Shown in pieces: positions 12,680 through 22,336 of a DNA stretch of 64,000 nt. Origin of the DNA: Candidatus Amphirhobacter sp. Its GTDB lineage: Bacteria > Pseudomonadota > Gammaproteobacteria > Tethybacterales > Tethybacteraceae. Position 1 is the first letter of the stretch. Every line of letters begins with the position of its first letter. The position numbers were made by a program, and so were the translations under genes. Under the pieces are notes generated by a model. It was not told the DNA's origin. It did not search any database and saw nothing but the letters and a program-made list of their open reading frames with translations. Where the stretch lies: the NCBI GenBank assembly GCA_965222035.1, contig OZ244940.1:1447243-1511242 (forward strand). Direction: 5' to 3'.

Positions 12680-13183
12680 ATGTTTGGCCGTGTCGTACTG
12701 CTGCTGGTCATGCTGCTCGCAGCTGCGGGCGCAACCGCCGCTGACTGGCGCGAGCGCTACGGCGAGTTCTACCGGCTGGTCGCATCCCAGGCCATCGTGC
12801 TGCAAGAGGGCAGCGCCGGCGAGGTGATCGTGGTGGCCGATCCCGACTGTCCCTATTGCGCCGACTTCGAGGCCCGCCGCGAGGCCGGCGAGCTCGATGG
12901 CTATACCGTGCGCTTGATCCTGGTCGATTTTCTGGCGCCGGAGCAGGGCGCCGCCGCCGGCATCCTGTGCGCGTCCGATCCGGCCGCGGCCTGGCGGCGG
13001 TACCTGCGCGAAGGCAGCCGGCCGGCGGCATGCGCCAGTCCCGCGCATGCCATTCACCGGCGCATCGCCGAGATCGCTGAGATCTGGGCGACGCCGGCGT
13101 TCATGACGCCGGGCGCGCAGACCTTCACCGGACTGCTGCCCGCCGCGCGATTGCGCGCGGCGATCGCCGAGGGCCAGCTGTGA
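12680..13183 (+). CDS. DsbC-like thioredoxin-fold protein of tra operon
   Basis: Signal peptide, ADPDCPYC, ILCA.DP..AW, cis-Pro motif ATP. Confidence 0.85.
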   Translation: MFGRVVLLLVMLLAAAGATAADWRERYGEFYRLVASQAIVLQEGSAGEVIVVADPDCPYCADFEARREAGELDGYTVRLILVDFLAPEQGAAAGILCASDPAAAWRRYLREGSRPAACASPAHAIHRRIAEIAEIWATPAFMTPGAQTFTGLLPAARLRAAIAEGQL

Positions 13184-13566
13184 GGAAAACCGCATGGCTG
13201 CTGGGGCTGCTATTGGCCGGCTGCGCTTCAGATAAAGGCGAGACCCTCGCGTGCCCGCGGCCCGACGGCACCAGCTGCGAATCGCTGTCGACGGTGTACG
13301 CCCGGACCACGCCGCCGGCGCCGCCTCTTATAGTACCCGCCGCGCCGGGTACTTCCGCCGCGGGCCCCGCGCCGGCGTCGGCGCGTCCCGAGCTGCAGCC
13401 CGCCCGCCTGCTGCGGGTGTGGGTCGCGCCGTGGCAGGACGCCGACGGCGACCTGCATGACCGGCAGTACCTCTATATAGTACTGGAACCGGCCGCATGG
13501 TCGCTGGGTCCGGCGCGGATCGTGCGTCCGCCGCAGCCGCCGGCCGCCGGCGGGCCGCAACGATGA
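13180..13566 (+). CDS. traV: Lipoprotein TraV
   Basis: Lipobox LLAGC, C...DG..C.SL..VY, RVWVAPWQDADGDLH. Confidence 0.92.
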   Translation: MRKTAWLLGLLLAGCASDKGETLACPRPDGTSCESLSTVYARTTPPAPPLIVPAAPGTSAAGPAPASARPELQPARLLRVWVAPWQDADGDLHDRQYLYIVLEPAAWSLGPARIVRPPQPPAAGGPQR

Positions 13567-16019
13567 TGGACTGGCTGCTCGGCTCGGCCGGCCCGCACGA
13601 CTACGGCAGCCTGTGGGACGATCCGCCGCCGCCGAGCTTCGCCGCCGTCCTGCCCTATGGGGTGTACGCGCCCGGGTCCGAGCTGTTCGAACTGCCCGAC
13701 GGCCGCCGAGGTTCGGCGCTGGGCTTTCTGCTCGAATGCCTGCCGCAGACCGGCGCCTCCGAGCAGATCGAGCGCAGCTTCCAGGAGTTGCCCGCCTTGC
13801 TCGCTCCGGGCTCGTCGCTGCAGGCCTGCCTGTATGCGGACCCCGGCATCGCCTCGCAGCTGGCGGCGTACTGCCGCTCGCGGCCGGGACCGGAGCAGGG
13901 CCGGGGCGAAGGGGTGTTCCGCCGCATGGCGCGGCAGCGCTTCGGCCACGTCGAGCGCATGGCCGATGAGCTGCGCCCCTGCGACTACCGGCTGTTCATC
14001 AGCGTGACCCAGCCGGGGCAGCTGGGCAACGCCGCCGCCGAGCAGGGCATCGCGCGCATGCGCCAGTCGATCGAGACGCTGCTGGACGGCTGCGACATCC
14101 CGTCGCGGCGACGCGACTCCACCGCCCTGGTCCAGCTGGTCGCAGGCATGGTCAACCCGGCCCATGCCAGCCGCCGCGCCTATCCCTATGCGCCGTCCGA
14201 GAGCATCGCGCGCCAATGCGTGCTGCGCGACACCACCATCGACGTCGGCACCCGCTCCCTGGCGGTCAGCGGCGACGGCCAGCCCCACGAATTGATGGCG
14301 CTGCACGCCAGCCGCTATCCGGCCTCGCTGCGCCTGGGCGGCATGCTGGGACTGCTCGGCGACCCGCTGCGCGCCAGCTTGCGCTATCTCGGGCCGTTCA
14401 TGATCACGCTGTGCGTCCACGCCGTCGACGCCGAGGCCATGCGGGCGCTGGTCGCGCTCAAGCAGGCGCGGGCGCAGGCCAACGCTTCCTCGCCGATGGC
14501 GCGCATGATGCCCGGCTACTACCGCCGCCAGCAGCAGGACTGGCAGGTGTGCAGCGAAGTGCTCGACGGCGGCGGTGCCCTGGTGCTGATGGCGCACCAC
14601 GCCTTGATCCAGGCGCCGCCGGGCATGCTGGCGGTCGCCGAGGAGCGCGCCCGCTCGGTCTGGCGCGCCCGCGGCTTCACGCTGGCGTGCTCCGAATATC
14701 TGCAGCTGCAGGGCCTGCTCGCCTCCCTGCCGCTGACCCTGACGCCGGGCAGCGCCCACGACTTGAAGAAGCTCGGGCTGCTGGCGCTGAAGACCTCGCA
14801 CAACGCCTCGCACGGCATGCCCGCGATCGCCGAGTGGAAGGGCACGCCGAGCCCGGCGCTGCTGCTGGTCGGCCGCCGCGGCCAGCTCATGCAGCTGGAC
14901 ATCTTCGATTCGAAAGGCAACCACAACCTGGTGGTGGCCGGCTCGTCGGGCTCGGGCAAGTCGGTGCTGCTCAACGAGATCGCCGCGAGCTCCCTGGGAC
15001 TCGGCGCCAAGGTCTGGATCTTCGACATCGGCCGCTCCTACCTGCACGCCAACGAGCAGTTCGGCGGGCAGCTGCTGCAGTTCGGCCGCGACACCCGCGC
15101 CAGCCTCAATCCCTTCACCGCCGTCGCTGACATCGACGAGGACATGCGGCTGCTCAAGCCGCTGTTCGCGCAGATGATCGCGCCCAAGGGCGGCCTGGGC
15201 GACCTGCAGCGCGCCCAGCTCGAAGGCGCCATCAAGCGGGCCTGGACCGCCCGCGGCCGCGAGGCCGCCGTCGCCGACGTCCAGGCCGAGCTCACGCGCG
15301 CCGGCGCGACCGACGCCCGCAGCGCCGACATGGCGACCATGCTCGCGCCGTACGCCTCCGGCGTCCACGCGCGCTGGTTCGCGGGCCCGGCGACCCTCGA
15401 CCTCGCCGCCGACATGATCGTCTTCGAGCTCGAGGAGCTCAACGCCGACCAGGAGCTGCAGCGGGTGGTGATGATGCAGCTCTTGTACTTCGTCACCCAG
15501 GAGATGTACGCCGGCCGCGAGCGCCGCAAGCTGGTGATCATCGACGAGGCCTATGAGCTCATGCGCGGCGAGAACGTCTCGGAGTTCATCGAGCAGGGCT
15601 ACCGCCGCGCGCGCAAGTACAACGGCGCCTTTTTGTCGGCCACCCAAAGCGTCAGCGACTTCTACCTGAACCCCGCCGGCCGCAGCGCCATCGCCAACTC
15701 CGACTGGCTCATGCTGCTCAAGCAGAAAGAGGAGGAATTGCGGCAGCTGCTCGAGCACGGCCAGCTGGCGCTGAGCCCGGCCGAGCGCGAGCTGGTCGGG
15801 TCGCTCGCGACCAAGCCGGGCAGCTACGCCGAGGTCTTCATCCGCTGCGAAGGCGTCGCCAGCGGCGTGGGGCGGCTGGCGGTCGACCAGTACGCCGAGC
15901 TGCTGTATTCGACGCGCAGCGCCGACCGCGCCGCGCTGGCGCGGCACCGGCAGCAGGGCCTCAGTCTCGAAGAAAGCATCCGCGCGGTGCTGCAGGAACG
16001 TGGCCAGGAACTGGACTAG
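13563..16019 (+). CDS. traC: T4SS ATPase TraC (VirB4 family)
   Basis: AEWKG, Walker A GSSGSGKS, FDIGRSY, Walker B IIDEAY, RRARKY.G...TQ. Confidence 0.96.
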   Translation: MMDWLLGSAGPHDYGSLWDDPPPPSFAAVLPYGVYAPGSELFELPDGRRGSALGFLLECLPQTGASEQIERSFQELPALLAPGSSLQACLYADPGIASQLAAYCRSRPGPEQGRGEGVFRRMARQRFGHVERMADELRPCDYRLFISVTQPGQLGNAAAEQGIARMRQSIETLLDGCDIPSRRRDSTALVQLVAGMVNPAHASRRAYPYAPSESIARQCVLRDTTIDVGTRSLAVSGDGQPHELMALHASRYPASLRLGGMLGLLGDPLRASLRYLGPFMITLCVHAVDAEAMRALVALKQARAQANASSPMARMMPGYYRRQQQDWQVCSEVLDGGGALVLMAHHALIQAPPGMLAVAEERARSVWRARGFTLACSEYLQLQGLLASLPLTLTPGSAHDLKKLGLLALKTSHNASHGMPAIAEWKGTPSPALLLVGRRGQLMQLDIFDSKGNHNLVVAGSSGSGKSVLLNEIAASSLGLGAKVWIFDIGRSYLHANEQFGGQLLQFGRDTRASLNPFTAVADIDEDMRLLKPLFAQMIAPKGGLGDLQRAQLEGAIKRAWTARGREAAVADVQAELTRAGATDARSADMATMLAPYASGVHARWFAGPATLDLAADMIVFELEELNADQELQRVVMMQLLYFVTQEMYAGRERRKLVIIDEAYELMRGENVSEFIEQGYRRARKYNGAFLSATQSVSDFYLNPAGRSAIANSDWLMLLKQKEEELRQLLEHGQLALSPAERELVGSLATKPGSYAEVFIRCEGVASGVGRLAVDQYAELLYSTRSADRAALARHRQQGLSLEESIRAVLQERGQELD

Positions 16020-16647
16020 CCTGCCTGGCCTCGCGGCCGAAACCGCGGCGGTGATCCTGGCGGTGGTCGCGGTCCACGCCGGGCAAAGCCTGGGGCCGCT
16101 GTACCCGGTCGCCGAGGAGGATTTGCTGGCGTCCATCGAGCTCGCCGCGCGGCGGGCCGAGGCCGACGGGACTATCGCGCGCGAATTGGAGCAGGCCAAG
16201 GCGCGGGCTTTGGCCTACGCCGACCGGCCGCCGCCGGTCGCCGGCCTGCGGCGCGCGACGGCAACCTCGATGCGGCTGTTCGATCCAAGCGTCACCCTCG
16301 CGACGCCGGTGGTGACGCCGACGGGCGCGGTGTTGGCCGCGGCCGGGACGCGCGTCAATCCGCTCGAGCACGTCGCCTTGAGCTACGCGCTGCTGTTCTT
16401 TGACGCCGATGAGCCGGCGCAGCTGCGCCTGGCCCAGCGGCTGCTCGCGACCGAAGACAAACTGCATGCGATCATGGTCAAGGGCTCGGTCGCCGCCTTC
16501 CGCGCCGCGACCGGCGCCCGGCCGCTGTTCGACCAGGACGGCGCGTTGGTGCGGCGCCTGGGCATCGAGGAGATTCCCGCCTTGGTCACCCAGCAGGGGC
16601 TGCTGCTGTCGATTCGCACCTTCGGCCCGGAGGGCGACGATGGCTAG
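16000..16647 (+). CDS. traW: F-type T4SS protein TraW
   Basis: LGPLYPVAEEDLL, FDPS, GTRVNPL, LLFFDAD, FDQDGALV.RLGI..IPALV. Confidence 0.92.
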   Translation: MARNWTSLPGLAAETAAVILAVVAVHAGQSLGPLYPVAEEDLLASIELAARRAEADGTIARELEQAKARALAYADRPPPVAGLRRATATSMRLFDPSVTLATPVVTPTGAVLAAAGTRVNPLEHVALSYALLFFDADEPAQLRLAQRLLATEDKLHAIMVKGSVAAFRAATGARPLFDQDGALVRRLGIEEIPALVTQQGLLLSIRTFGPEGDDG

Positions 16648-17650
16648 GGCCGCGCTGCTGCTCTTATTGGTACTGGCAATGCCGCCGGCGCGCGCCGCCA
16701 AATGCGAGGGACGCCTGCCGAACTTCGTCAGCGACATCTGCTGGTCGTGCATGCTGCCGCTGAGCATCGCCGGGCGCCGCCTGGCCGGCGGCCAGCAGCA
16801 GGACAACGGCTCGAGCCCCTCGGGCCTGTGCTCCTGCGGCAAGGCGCCCAAGCTCAAGGTCGGCGTCAACCTCGGCTTGTGGGAGCCGGTGCGCATGATC
16901 GAGGTCACGCGCGAGCCGTATTGCCTGGTCAGCCTCGGCGGCATCAAGGCGGGTGGCGGCAGCAATGCGGCCGAGCCCGGTGCCCGCACCGGCACCGCCA
17001 GCGGGACCGCGTCCTACGCTTTCTACCACGCGCACTGGTACGTCAATCCGCTGCTGCATTGGCTCGGCGCGCTGCTGGACTTCGACTGCATCGAGCGCGA
17101 CGGCTTCGACCTGGCGTACATGTCCGAGTTCGATCCGGCTTGGAACGACGACGAGCTCGCGGCCTTGCTGGTGCCCGAGCTGGCCCTGACCGCCAACCTC
17201 GCCGGGGTGGCCGCCTGCGCCGCCGACTGCGCGGCGGTCAAGGCCGGCAAATTCCCCAGCAACGCGCTGTGGTGGTGCAACGGCTGTCTCGGCAACCTGC
17301 TGCCGATGTCCGGCGGGGTTGCCGCCCATGTCTCGGGCCGTCACAGCGCCTCCTTGCTGGCGGCGCGCCTGGCGATGCGCATGCACCGCCTCGGCGCGGC
17401 CACCTACACCCACGGCGAGGGCGCGTCCTGCGGGCGCGGCTGGCGCAGCCTGCGCGTGCACAAGGACGCCTACAAGATGGCGCAGGTCCATCCGCGGCCG
17501 CAGGCCAAGCGCAACGGCCGCTGCTGCGCTCCCTTCGGGCGCGATCCGGATGTGGTCGCGCCTGGCGGCGAATGGCCGGTGACCGGCGAGGACTTCAGCT
17601 TCATGCTGTTTCGCAAGCGGGATTGCTGTGCGGGTTTTGATCTGCCTTAG
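16640..17650 (+). CDS. traU: F-type T4SS protein TraU
   Basis: DICWSCMLP, WEPVRMIEV, FYHAHWY, DLAYMSEFDPAW, ACAADC, GEDF..M.FRKRDCC. Confidence 0.95.
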   Translation: MARAALLLLLVLAMPPARAAKCEGRLPNFVSDICWSCMLPLSIAGRRLAGGQQQDNGSSPSGLCSCGKAPKLKVGVNLGLWEPVRMIEVTREPYCLVSLGGIKAGGGSNAAEPGARTGTASGTASYAFYHAHWYVNPLLHWLGALLDFDCIERDGFDLAYMSEFDPAWNDDELAALLVPELALTANLAGVAACAADCAAVKAGKFPSNALWWCNGCLGNLLPMSGGVAAHVSGRHSASLLAARLAMRMHRLGAATYTHGEGASCGRGWRSLRVHKDAYKMAQVHPRPQAKRNGRCCAPFGRDPDVVAPGGEWPVTGEDFSFMLFRKRDCCAGFDLP

Positions 17651-18125
17651 CTTGCTGGTACTGCCGGCGTTGGCTGAGCCGCCGCCGCGGCCGGCCTTTG
17701 ACCTCGACGCGCTGCGCGCGGCCATCGAACAGCCGCTCGCTGAGCCGCCGCCGCGGCTGGCGGTGCTGGTCTCGTTCGCAATGCCGGCCGCGAGCCTGCG
17801 GCGTCTCGCGCGCGACGCCGGTACGCTCGGCGCGCCGCTGCTGCTGCGCGGTTTGCGGGACAACAGCATGCGCTCGACCCTAAAGGCGGTCACCCAGATC
17901 GATGAGGATGGCGCCGCCAACTGGCTGGTCGAGCCGCGCTTGTTCCAGGAGCTGCGGGTGGCGGGCGTCCCGCTGTTCGTGCTCGAGGATGGCGATGAGC
18001 GGCTGCTGGTGCGCGGCGACGTCGCGCTCGCATACGCCCTCGAGCGCATGGCGGCCCGCAGCCATCCGCTGGCGCCGGCGGCGCATGCGCAGCTCGAGCG
18101 GCTGCGGAGCCTGACAAGCGAATGA
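17628..18125 (+). CDS. trbC: F-type pilus assembly protein TrbC
   Basis: VLVSFAMP..SL, LLLRGL.DNSM, V.P.LF....V..VP, GDV.L.YALE. Confidence 0.9.
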   Translation: MRVLICLSLLVLPALAEPPPRPAFDLDALRAAIEQPLAEPPPRLAVLVSFAMPAASLRRLARDAGTLGAPLLLRGLRDNSMRSTLKAVTQIDEDGAANWLVEPRLFQELRVAGVPLFVLEDGDERLLVRGDVALAYALERMAARSHPLAPAAHAQLERLRSLTSE

Positions 18126-19867
18126 AAGGAGCGCTGCTGCTGATCGCGCTGCTGGTGGCATCGTCGGCGTCGCTTGCCGATGCGGTCACCAGCACGGTCG
18201 ACTACGCCGCCGAAGCGCGCAAGCTGCTGCTGCAGACCGGCAAGCTCAATATCAACGCGGCCACGCGCGAGCGCTTGCTGAAATCCGGCAAGGTCGGGGA
18301 GTCCTTCGAATGCGCGGCCGGCGATTATGCCTGCGCCGGCCGCAAGTTGGGGATGTTCCAGCCGTCAACAGCGAGCGTCAGCTTGACTGCGCCGCCGGCG
18401 TACTGCGCGGCCGGCGGCGGCATCTGCCGCCAGGAAGAGCTGCTGCTGTCGGTGCGAATCGCTCACGATGGTCATGCCGCCAGCGGCCAGTTCGAGGGCA
18501 TGGCCTTCGTCCATATATGGAAGCGCGACCGGCAGAGATGGTGGCGGGAGGGCTTTCGCGGCACCTTGCGGCTGCTCGATCGCAGCCATTACCGTGCCAT
18601 CCGCATCATGATGGCAGCGCCCGAGATCCACGACCTCCACATCAATGGCAAGAAGGTGGTGGTGTCCGAGCCCTATCTCGGCCGCCTCTGCCACGGCGAG
18701 CCGCAGAGCGACTGCTGGCAGGCGCTGCTGCGCAACGCGCTGCGCGAGGACACCGGCATCGACATCCTGCCGCTGCTCGACCGCCAGGACAACCTGATCG
18801 TATTCGAGCAGGGCAACTGGAACCGCCACTACCATGGCATGCTGCTGCAGCTGGTGCGCCACGATGACGATCTCGGTGCCCTGCCGGCGCTGTGCCCGGC
18901 CAAGGCGCCGCCGGGCTGCGCCTTGGCCGTGAATGAAACGTGCCGCCCGCGGCTCGCCGGCTTATGCATGCTCAAGCAGGTGATGCGGGTCTCATGCGAC
19001 CAGGCCGCCGCCTGCCGCAAGCTCGCTTGCACCGGCAACGACTGCGACCGCTCGGTAACCGGCGGGGGTGCCGGCGAGATCCAGCGCGCGCTCGCGAGCC
19101 TGGAGATCGGGCGGCAGGCGAGCCGGCACTTCACGCCGGGGACTTATCGTTTGTTCGAAGGGCGCTACGGCGAGTGCCGCGACAAGATCGCCTGGGGTTT
19201 GGGCGACTGCTGCCGCGCCAACTCCGCCGGCCGCAACACCAGCAACCGGCACGCCCTCGCCCAGCTCGGGGTCAAGTATGCGGTGCGCAAGGTCGCGACC
19301 ATCGGCAGCCCGCACACCCATGACGTCCTGTACTTGACCAACGACCTGACCCGCGGCCTGCAGACCCTCGGGCAGGGACGGCTGGCGTCGCTGCAGCAGC
19401 CGCTGTCGTTCTACGGCGTCAAGGTGTCGCTGGCCGGCGGCGCGCTCAAGTTCAGCTTCGATCCGGCTTCCTTCGCCGTCGCCGTCGCCCTGGCGGTGAT
19501 CGCCAACTTGCTGGAGTGCTCGGCCGACGAGCAGCTGCTGGGACTGCGCGCCGGCGCCGGCCTGTGCCAGTTCCAGCGCAGCTGGTGCAGCAAGCGGCGC
19601 TGGTTCTCGTGCAAGGAAGAGCGGGAGGCGTACTGCTGCTACAAGTCGAAGATCGCCAAGACGCTCGCGCGGCAACTCAACCACCAGCTGAAGAAGGGCA
19701 ACTACTGCGGCGGCTACAGCATCGAGGAGCTGCAGCGGGTCGACTTCGACAAGGTGGACATGAGCGACTTTATCAACGACTTCAAGATCGAGGTCGACGA
19801 CAATCTGCTGCGGGAGTACAGCAGCGGCAGCATCGACTTCGCCAAGGAGGCCAAGCCATCAAAGTGA
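18122..19867 (+). CDS. traN: Mating-pair stabilisation protein TraN
   Basis: Cys-rich C-terminal half: F.G...C...DCC, C..DE, YCCY.SK, CGG.S.EELQ.VDF.K.D.S.F. Confidence 0.88.
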   Translation: MKGALLLIALLVASSASLADAVTSTVDYAAEARKLLLQTGKLNINAATRERLLKSGKVGESFECAAGDYACAGRKLGMFQPSTASVSLTAPPAYCAAGGGICRQEELLLSVRIAHDGHAASGQFEGMAFVHIWKRDRQRWWREGFRGTLRLLDRSHYRAIRIMMAAPEIHDLHINGKKVVVSEPYLGRLCHGEPQSDCWQALLRNALREDTGIDILPLLDRQDNLIVFEQGNWNRHYHGMLLQLVRHDDDLGALPALCPAKAPPGCALAVNETCRPRLAGLCMLKQVMRVSCDQAAACRKLACTGNDCDRSVTGGGAGEIQRALASLEIGRQASRHFTPGTYRLFEGRYGECRDKIAWGLGDCCRANSAGRNTSNRHALAQLGVKYAVRKVATIGSPHTHDVLYLTNDLTRGLQTLGQGRLASLQQPLSFYGVKVSLAGGALKFSFDPASFAVAVALAVIANLLECSADEQLLGLRAGAGLCQFQRSWCSKRRWFSCKEEREAYCCYKSKIAKTLARQLNHQLKKGNYCGGYSIEELQRVDFDKVDMSDFINDFKIEVDDNLLREYSSGSIDFAKEAKPSK

Positions 19868-20199
19868 CCGCGCTGCTGGCCTGCGCGCTGTCGCTTGTGG
19901 CCGCGCCCGCCGCCGCCGCGACCATCCGCGACCTGCTGATGCAGGCGCTGGAGCTTCCCGATGAGATCGCGGCCGCCGAGCTCGATGGCATGCTTGCTGA
20001 TGAGATCAGCCGGCTGCATCCGCAACTGCGGGTGTACGGCGAGGCCCGCCGGCTGCGGGAGTTGGACGAGCCCGGCTGCGGGCGTTTTGAAATGCGGCTG
20101 TATGCCGCCGCGGACGGCGAGCGCATCGAGATGGGCACCGTCGAACTCGACCTGTGCGAGGGCGGCCTGCCGCCGGACCCGCCGGGCGCAAAGCCGTGA
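19864..20199 (+). CDS. Small exported hypothetical protein within tra operon
   Basis: GTG overlaps traN stop; signal peptide (AAPAAAA), PGCGR...LDLC.GG.PP; stop overlaps traF start. Confidence 0.7.
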   Translation: MTALLACALSLVAAPAAAATIRDLLMQALELPDEIAAAELDGMLADEISRLHPQLRVYGEARRLRELDEPGCGRFEMRLYAAADGERIEMGTVELDLCEGGLPPDPPGAKP

Positions 20200-21002
20200 T
20201 GCGCTGGCTGCTGCTGGGCTGCATGCTGCTGGCGCATGCGCATGCCGCTGATGATGAGTACTGGGGCGAGGCCAACCGCGGCTGGTTTTGGTACGAACTG
20301 CCGCCGCCGCCGCTTCCCGCACCCGAACCTGCGCCGCCAGTTCCGAATGCAGGGCAAGAGCATGAAGAGCAGGAGACGTTGCCCGCGCCGCCGCCGGAGC
20401 TGGTCGAGCACCGCCGCCTGCAGCAGCGGATCGAAGACCGCCGCGCCATCGCGATCATGGATCCGAGCCCGGCGAACGTCCGCGCGTACCTGCAGGCGCA
20501 GCAAGAAGCGCTCGAGCGCGCCGCGACCTTCGCCGACGTCTGGCAGCGCGTGGTGTGGACAACGCCCGATCTCGATTACCAGCTGCGCGGGCGCCCGACC
20601 AACGCCGCCGCCCTGCCGGGCTGGGACGCCGCGCGGCTGCAGCGCCGCGAGCGCGCCGTGCGCGACCTAGCAGCCGACCACGGCCTGTTCTTCTTTTTCG
20701 GACACGACTGTTTGTCCTGCACGCAGATGGCGGACACCTTGCGGGAGTTCGCGCGCGAGCACGGCTTCGAAGTGCAGGCGATCGCCCTCGACGGCGCGCG
20801 CCACCCGGCCTTTCCCGCAGCCTGGCCCGACAACGGCTTCGCGGCACGCTGGGGCGTGCGCGCGGTCCCGGCGCTGGCGCTGGCGAGCCTGACGCCGCAA
20901 CAGGAGCGGGTGCTACCGCTGGGGCACGGTCCCCTGGCGGCGGCGGAGATCGCCGAGCGCATCGAAGTACTCGCGAGCATCCCGGTGGGCGCGCGGCTGT
21001 GA
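20199..21002 (+). CDS. traF: F-type pilus assembly protein TraF
   Basis: RGWFWY, AIMDPS..NV..Y, GLFFFF..DC.SC, A.DG, VPAL. Confidence 0.92.
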   Translation: MRWLLLGCMLLAHAHAADDEYWGEANRGWFWYELPPPPLPAPEPAPPVPNAGQEHEEQETLPAPPPELVEHRRLQQRIEDRRAIAIMDPSPANVRAYLQAQQEALERAATFADVWQRVVWTTPDLDYQLRGRPTNAAALPGWDAARLQRRERAVRDLAADHGLFFFFGHDCLSCTQMADTLREFAREHGFEVQAIALDGARHPAFPAAWPDNGFAARWGVRAVPALALASLTPQQERVLPLGHGPLAAAEIAERIEVLASIPVGARL

Positions 21003-22336
21003 GACGCCTGCTGCAGCTGCTCGTGCTGCTGCTCGCCGCGCCGCCGGCACTCGCCGACGTGTCGGGACGCATGCGGGAACTGTTCGACGGCCTCGGGACC
21101 TACGGCAGCGTCGACGGACCGCGCTATCTCGCCGCGCAGAGTCGGCACGTGTTCTCCGGCGGCGGGCTGCAGTACCGCGCGCCGCGCCGCACCTACCAGC
21201 TGTACAGCGCGACCGGCCCCAGCCTGCAGGCCGGCTGCGGCGGCATCGACCTGTACGCCGGCTCGTTCTCCTTCATCAACAAGGACAAGTTCGTCCAGAT
21301 GCTCAAGAGCATCGCCGGCAACAGCGTGGGCCTGGCGTTCAAGACCGCCCTGTGCTCGACCAGCGCCAACCTGTGCCAGGCGGTCGAGGACATCCAGCGC
21401 ACCGTCGAGCAGCTCAACCGCTTCAACATCGATTCCTGCGAAGTAGCCAAGCAGCTGGTCGGCGGCGCCATGGGCTCGGCCGAGCAGTCGTCGCAGTCCG
21501 CCTGCATCGCCAACGCGCGCATGAGCAACATCGCATCCGACACCGCCGCGGCGCGGCAGCTGTGCGCCCAGCCCCAGCAGTACGCCCGCGTCCGGAACAC
21601 CGCTCGCATCCACCGCCGCGACACCCAGCCGCTGGAGTTCACCGGCGGCAACCTGACCTGGCAGATCCTGAAGAAAGGCGCCGGCCACCTCGCCGTCGAC
21701 GACCGCGAGTTCCTGATGTCGATGCTCGGGACCCATGTGGTCACGACCGTGTCGATCGGCCTGCGCTACCACCCGCCGACCATCACCGACCTCGCTTCGC
21801 TCAACGAGCGCAAGGTGATCATGCTCAAGTGCCTGGACACCCAGGCCCACTGCGAATCCGTTGGCGCCCAGACCGTCATCTTGAGCGCCTCCTTCATGGA
21901 CCTGTCCCGCACGCGGCTGATCGAAATCCGCCGCCGCATCGACCAGGGCGTCGCGCTCAGTTCCGTCCAGCTGCGCCTGATCGCCGGCTCGCCGCTGCCG
22001 GTGCTCGCTCTGGTCCAAGCCGACCTCGCCGGCGCCGCCGGGCTGCTGGACATGGCCGCCGAGGCGATCGCCTACGCCAGCGCCTACCAGTACCTGAACG
22101 CTAGTTTGCGCAGCGTCGCCGGCCTCGCCGCCGGCTGGCAGGCGCGCAGCGCCAACGAGGCCGAGCTGGTCCAGGGCATGCTCCGCGATACCCGGCGGCT
22201 GCGCGCCGCGCTCACCGAGGAGCTGCATGCCTCGCTGCGCCGCGTCAACGCCATGCTCGAGGCCGGCGAGCACCTGCGCGAGCTGCGCCGGACCATCGCC
22301 AGCGACCGCTTCGGGCCGCTGATCCGCGACCGGTGA
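20999..22336 (+). CDS. traH: F-type T4SS protein TraH
   Basis: FSGGGL..R, PSLQAGCGGIDLYAGSFSFIN, N..N..SC, NLTW..L. Confidence 0.93.
   Translation: MRRLLQLLVLLLAAPPALADVSGRMRELFDGLGTYGSVDGPRYLAAQSRHVFSGGGLQYRAPRRTYQLYSATGPSLQAGCGGIDLYAGSFSFINKDKFVQMLKSIAGNSVGLAFKTALCSTSANLCQAVEDIQRTVEQLNRFNIDSCEVAKQLVGGAMGSAEQSSQSACIANARMSNIASDTAAARQLCAQPQQYARVRNTARIHRRDTQPLEFTGGNLTWQILKKGAGHLAVDDREFLMSMLGTHVVTTVSIGLRYHPPTITDLASLNERKVIMLKCLDTQAHCESVGAQTVILSASFMDLSRTRLIEIRRRIDQGVALSSVQLRLIAGSPLPVLALVQADLAGAAGLLDMAAEAIAYASAYQYLNASLRSVAGLAAGWQARSANEAELVQGMLRDTRRLRAALTEELHASLRRVNAMLEAGEHLRELRRTIASDRFGPLIRDR

Noticed and set aside
13473-16199. Long antisense or alternative-frame ORFs (also 8434..10032 upstream part, 20576..22273, 22084..24375, 31798..33927, 37786..39453)
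   Set aside because: Shadow frames of well-supported high-GC genes, with no motifs of their own
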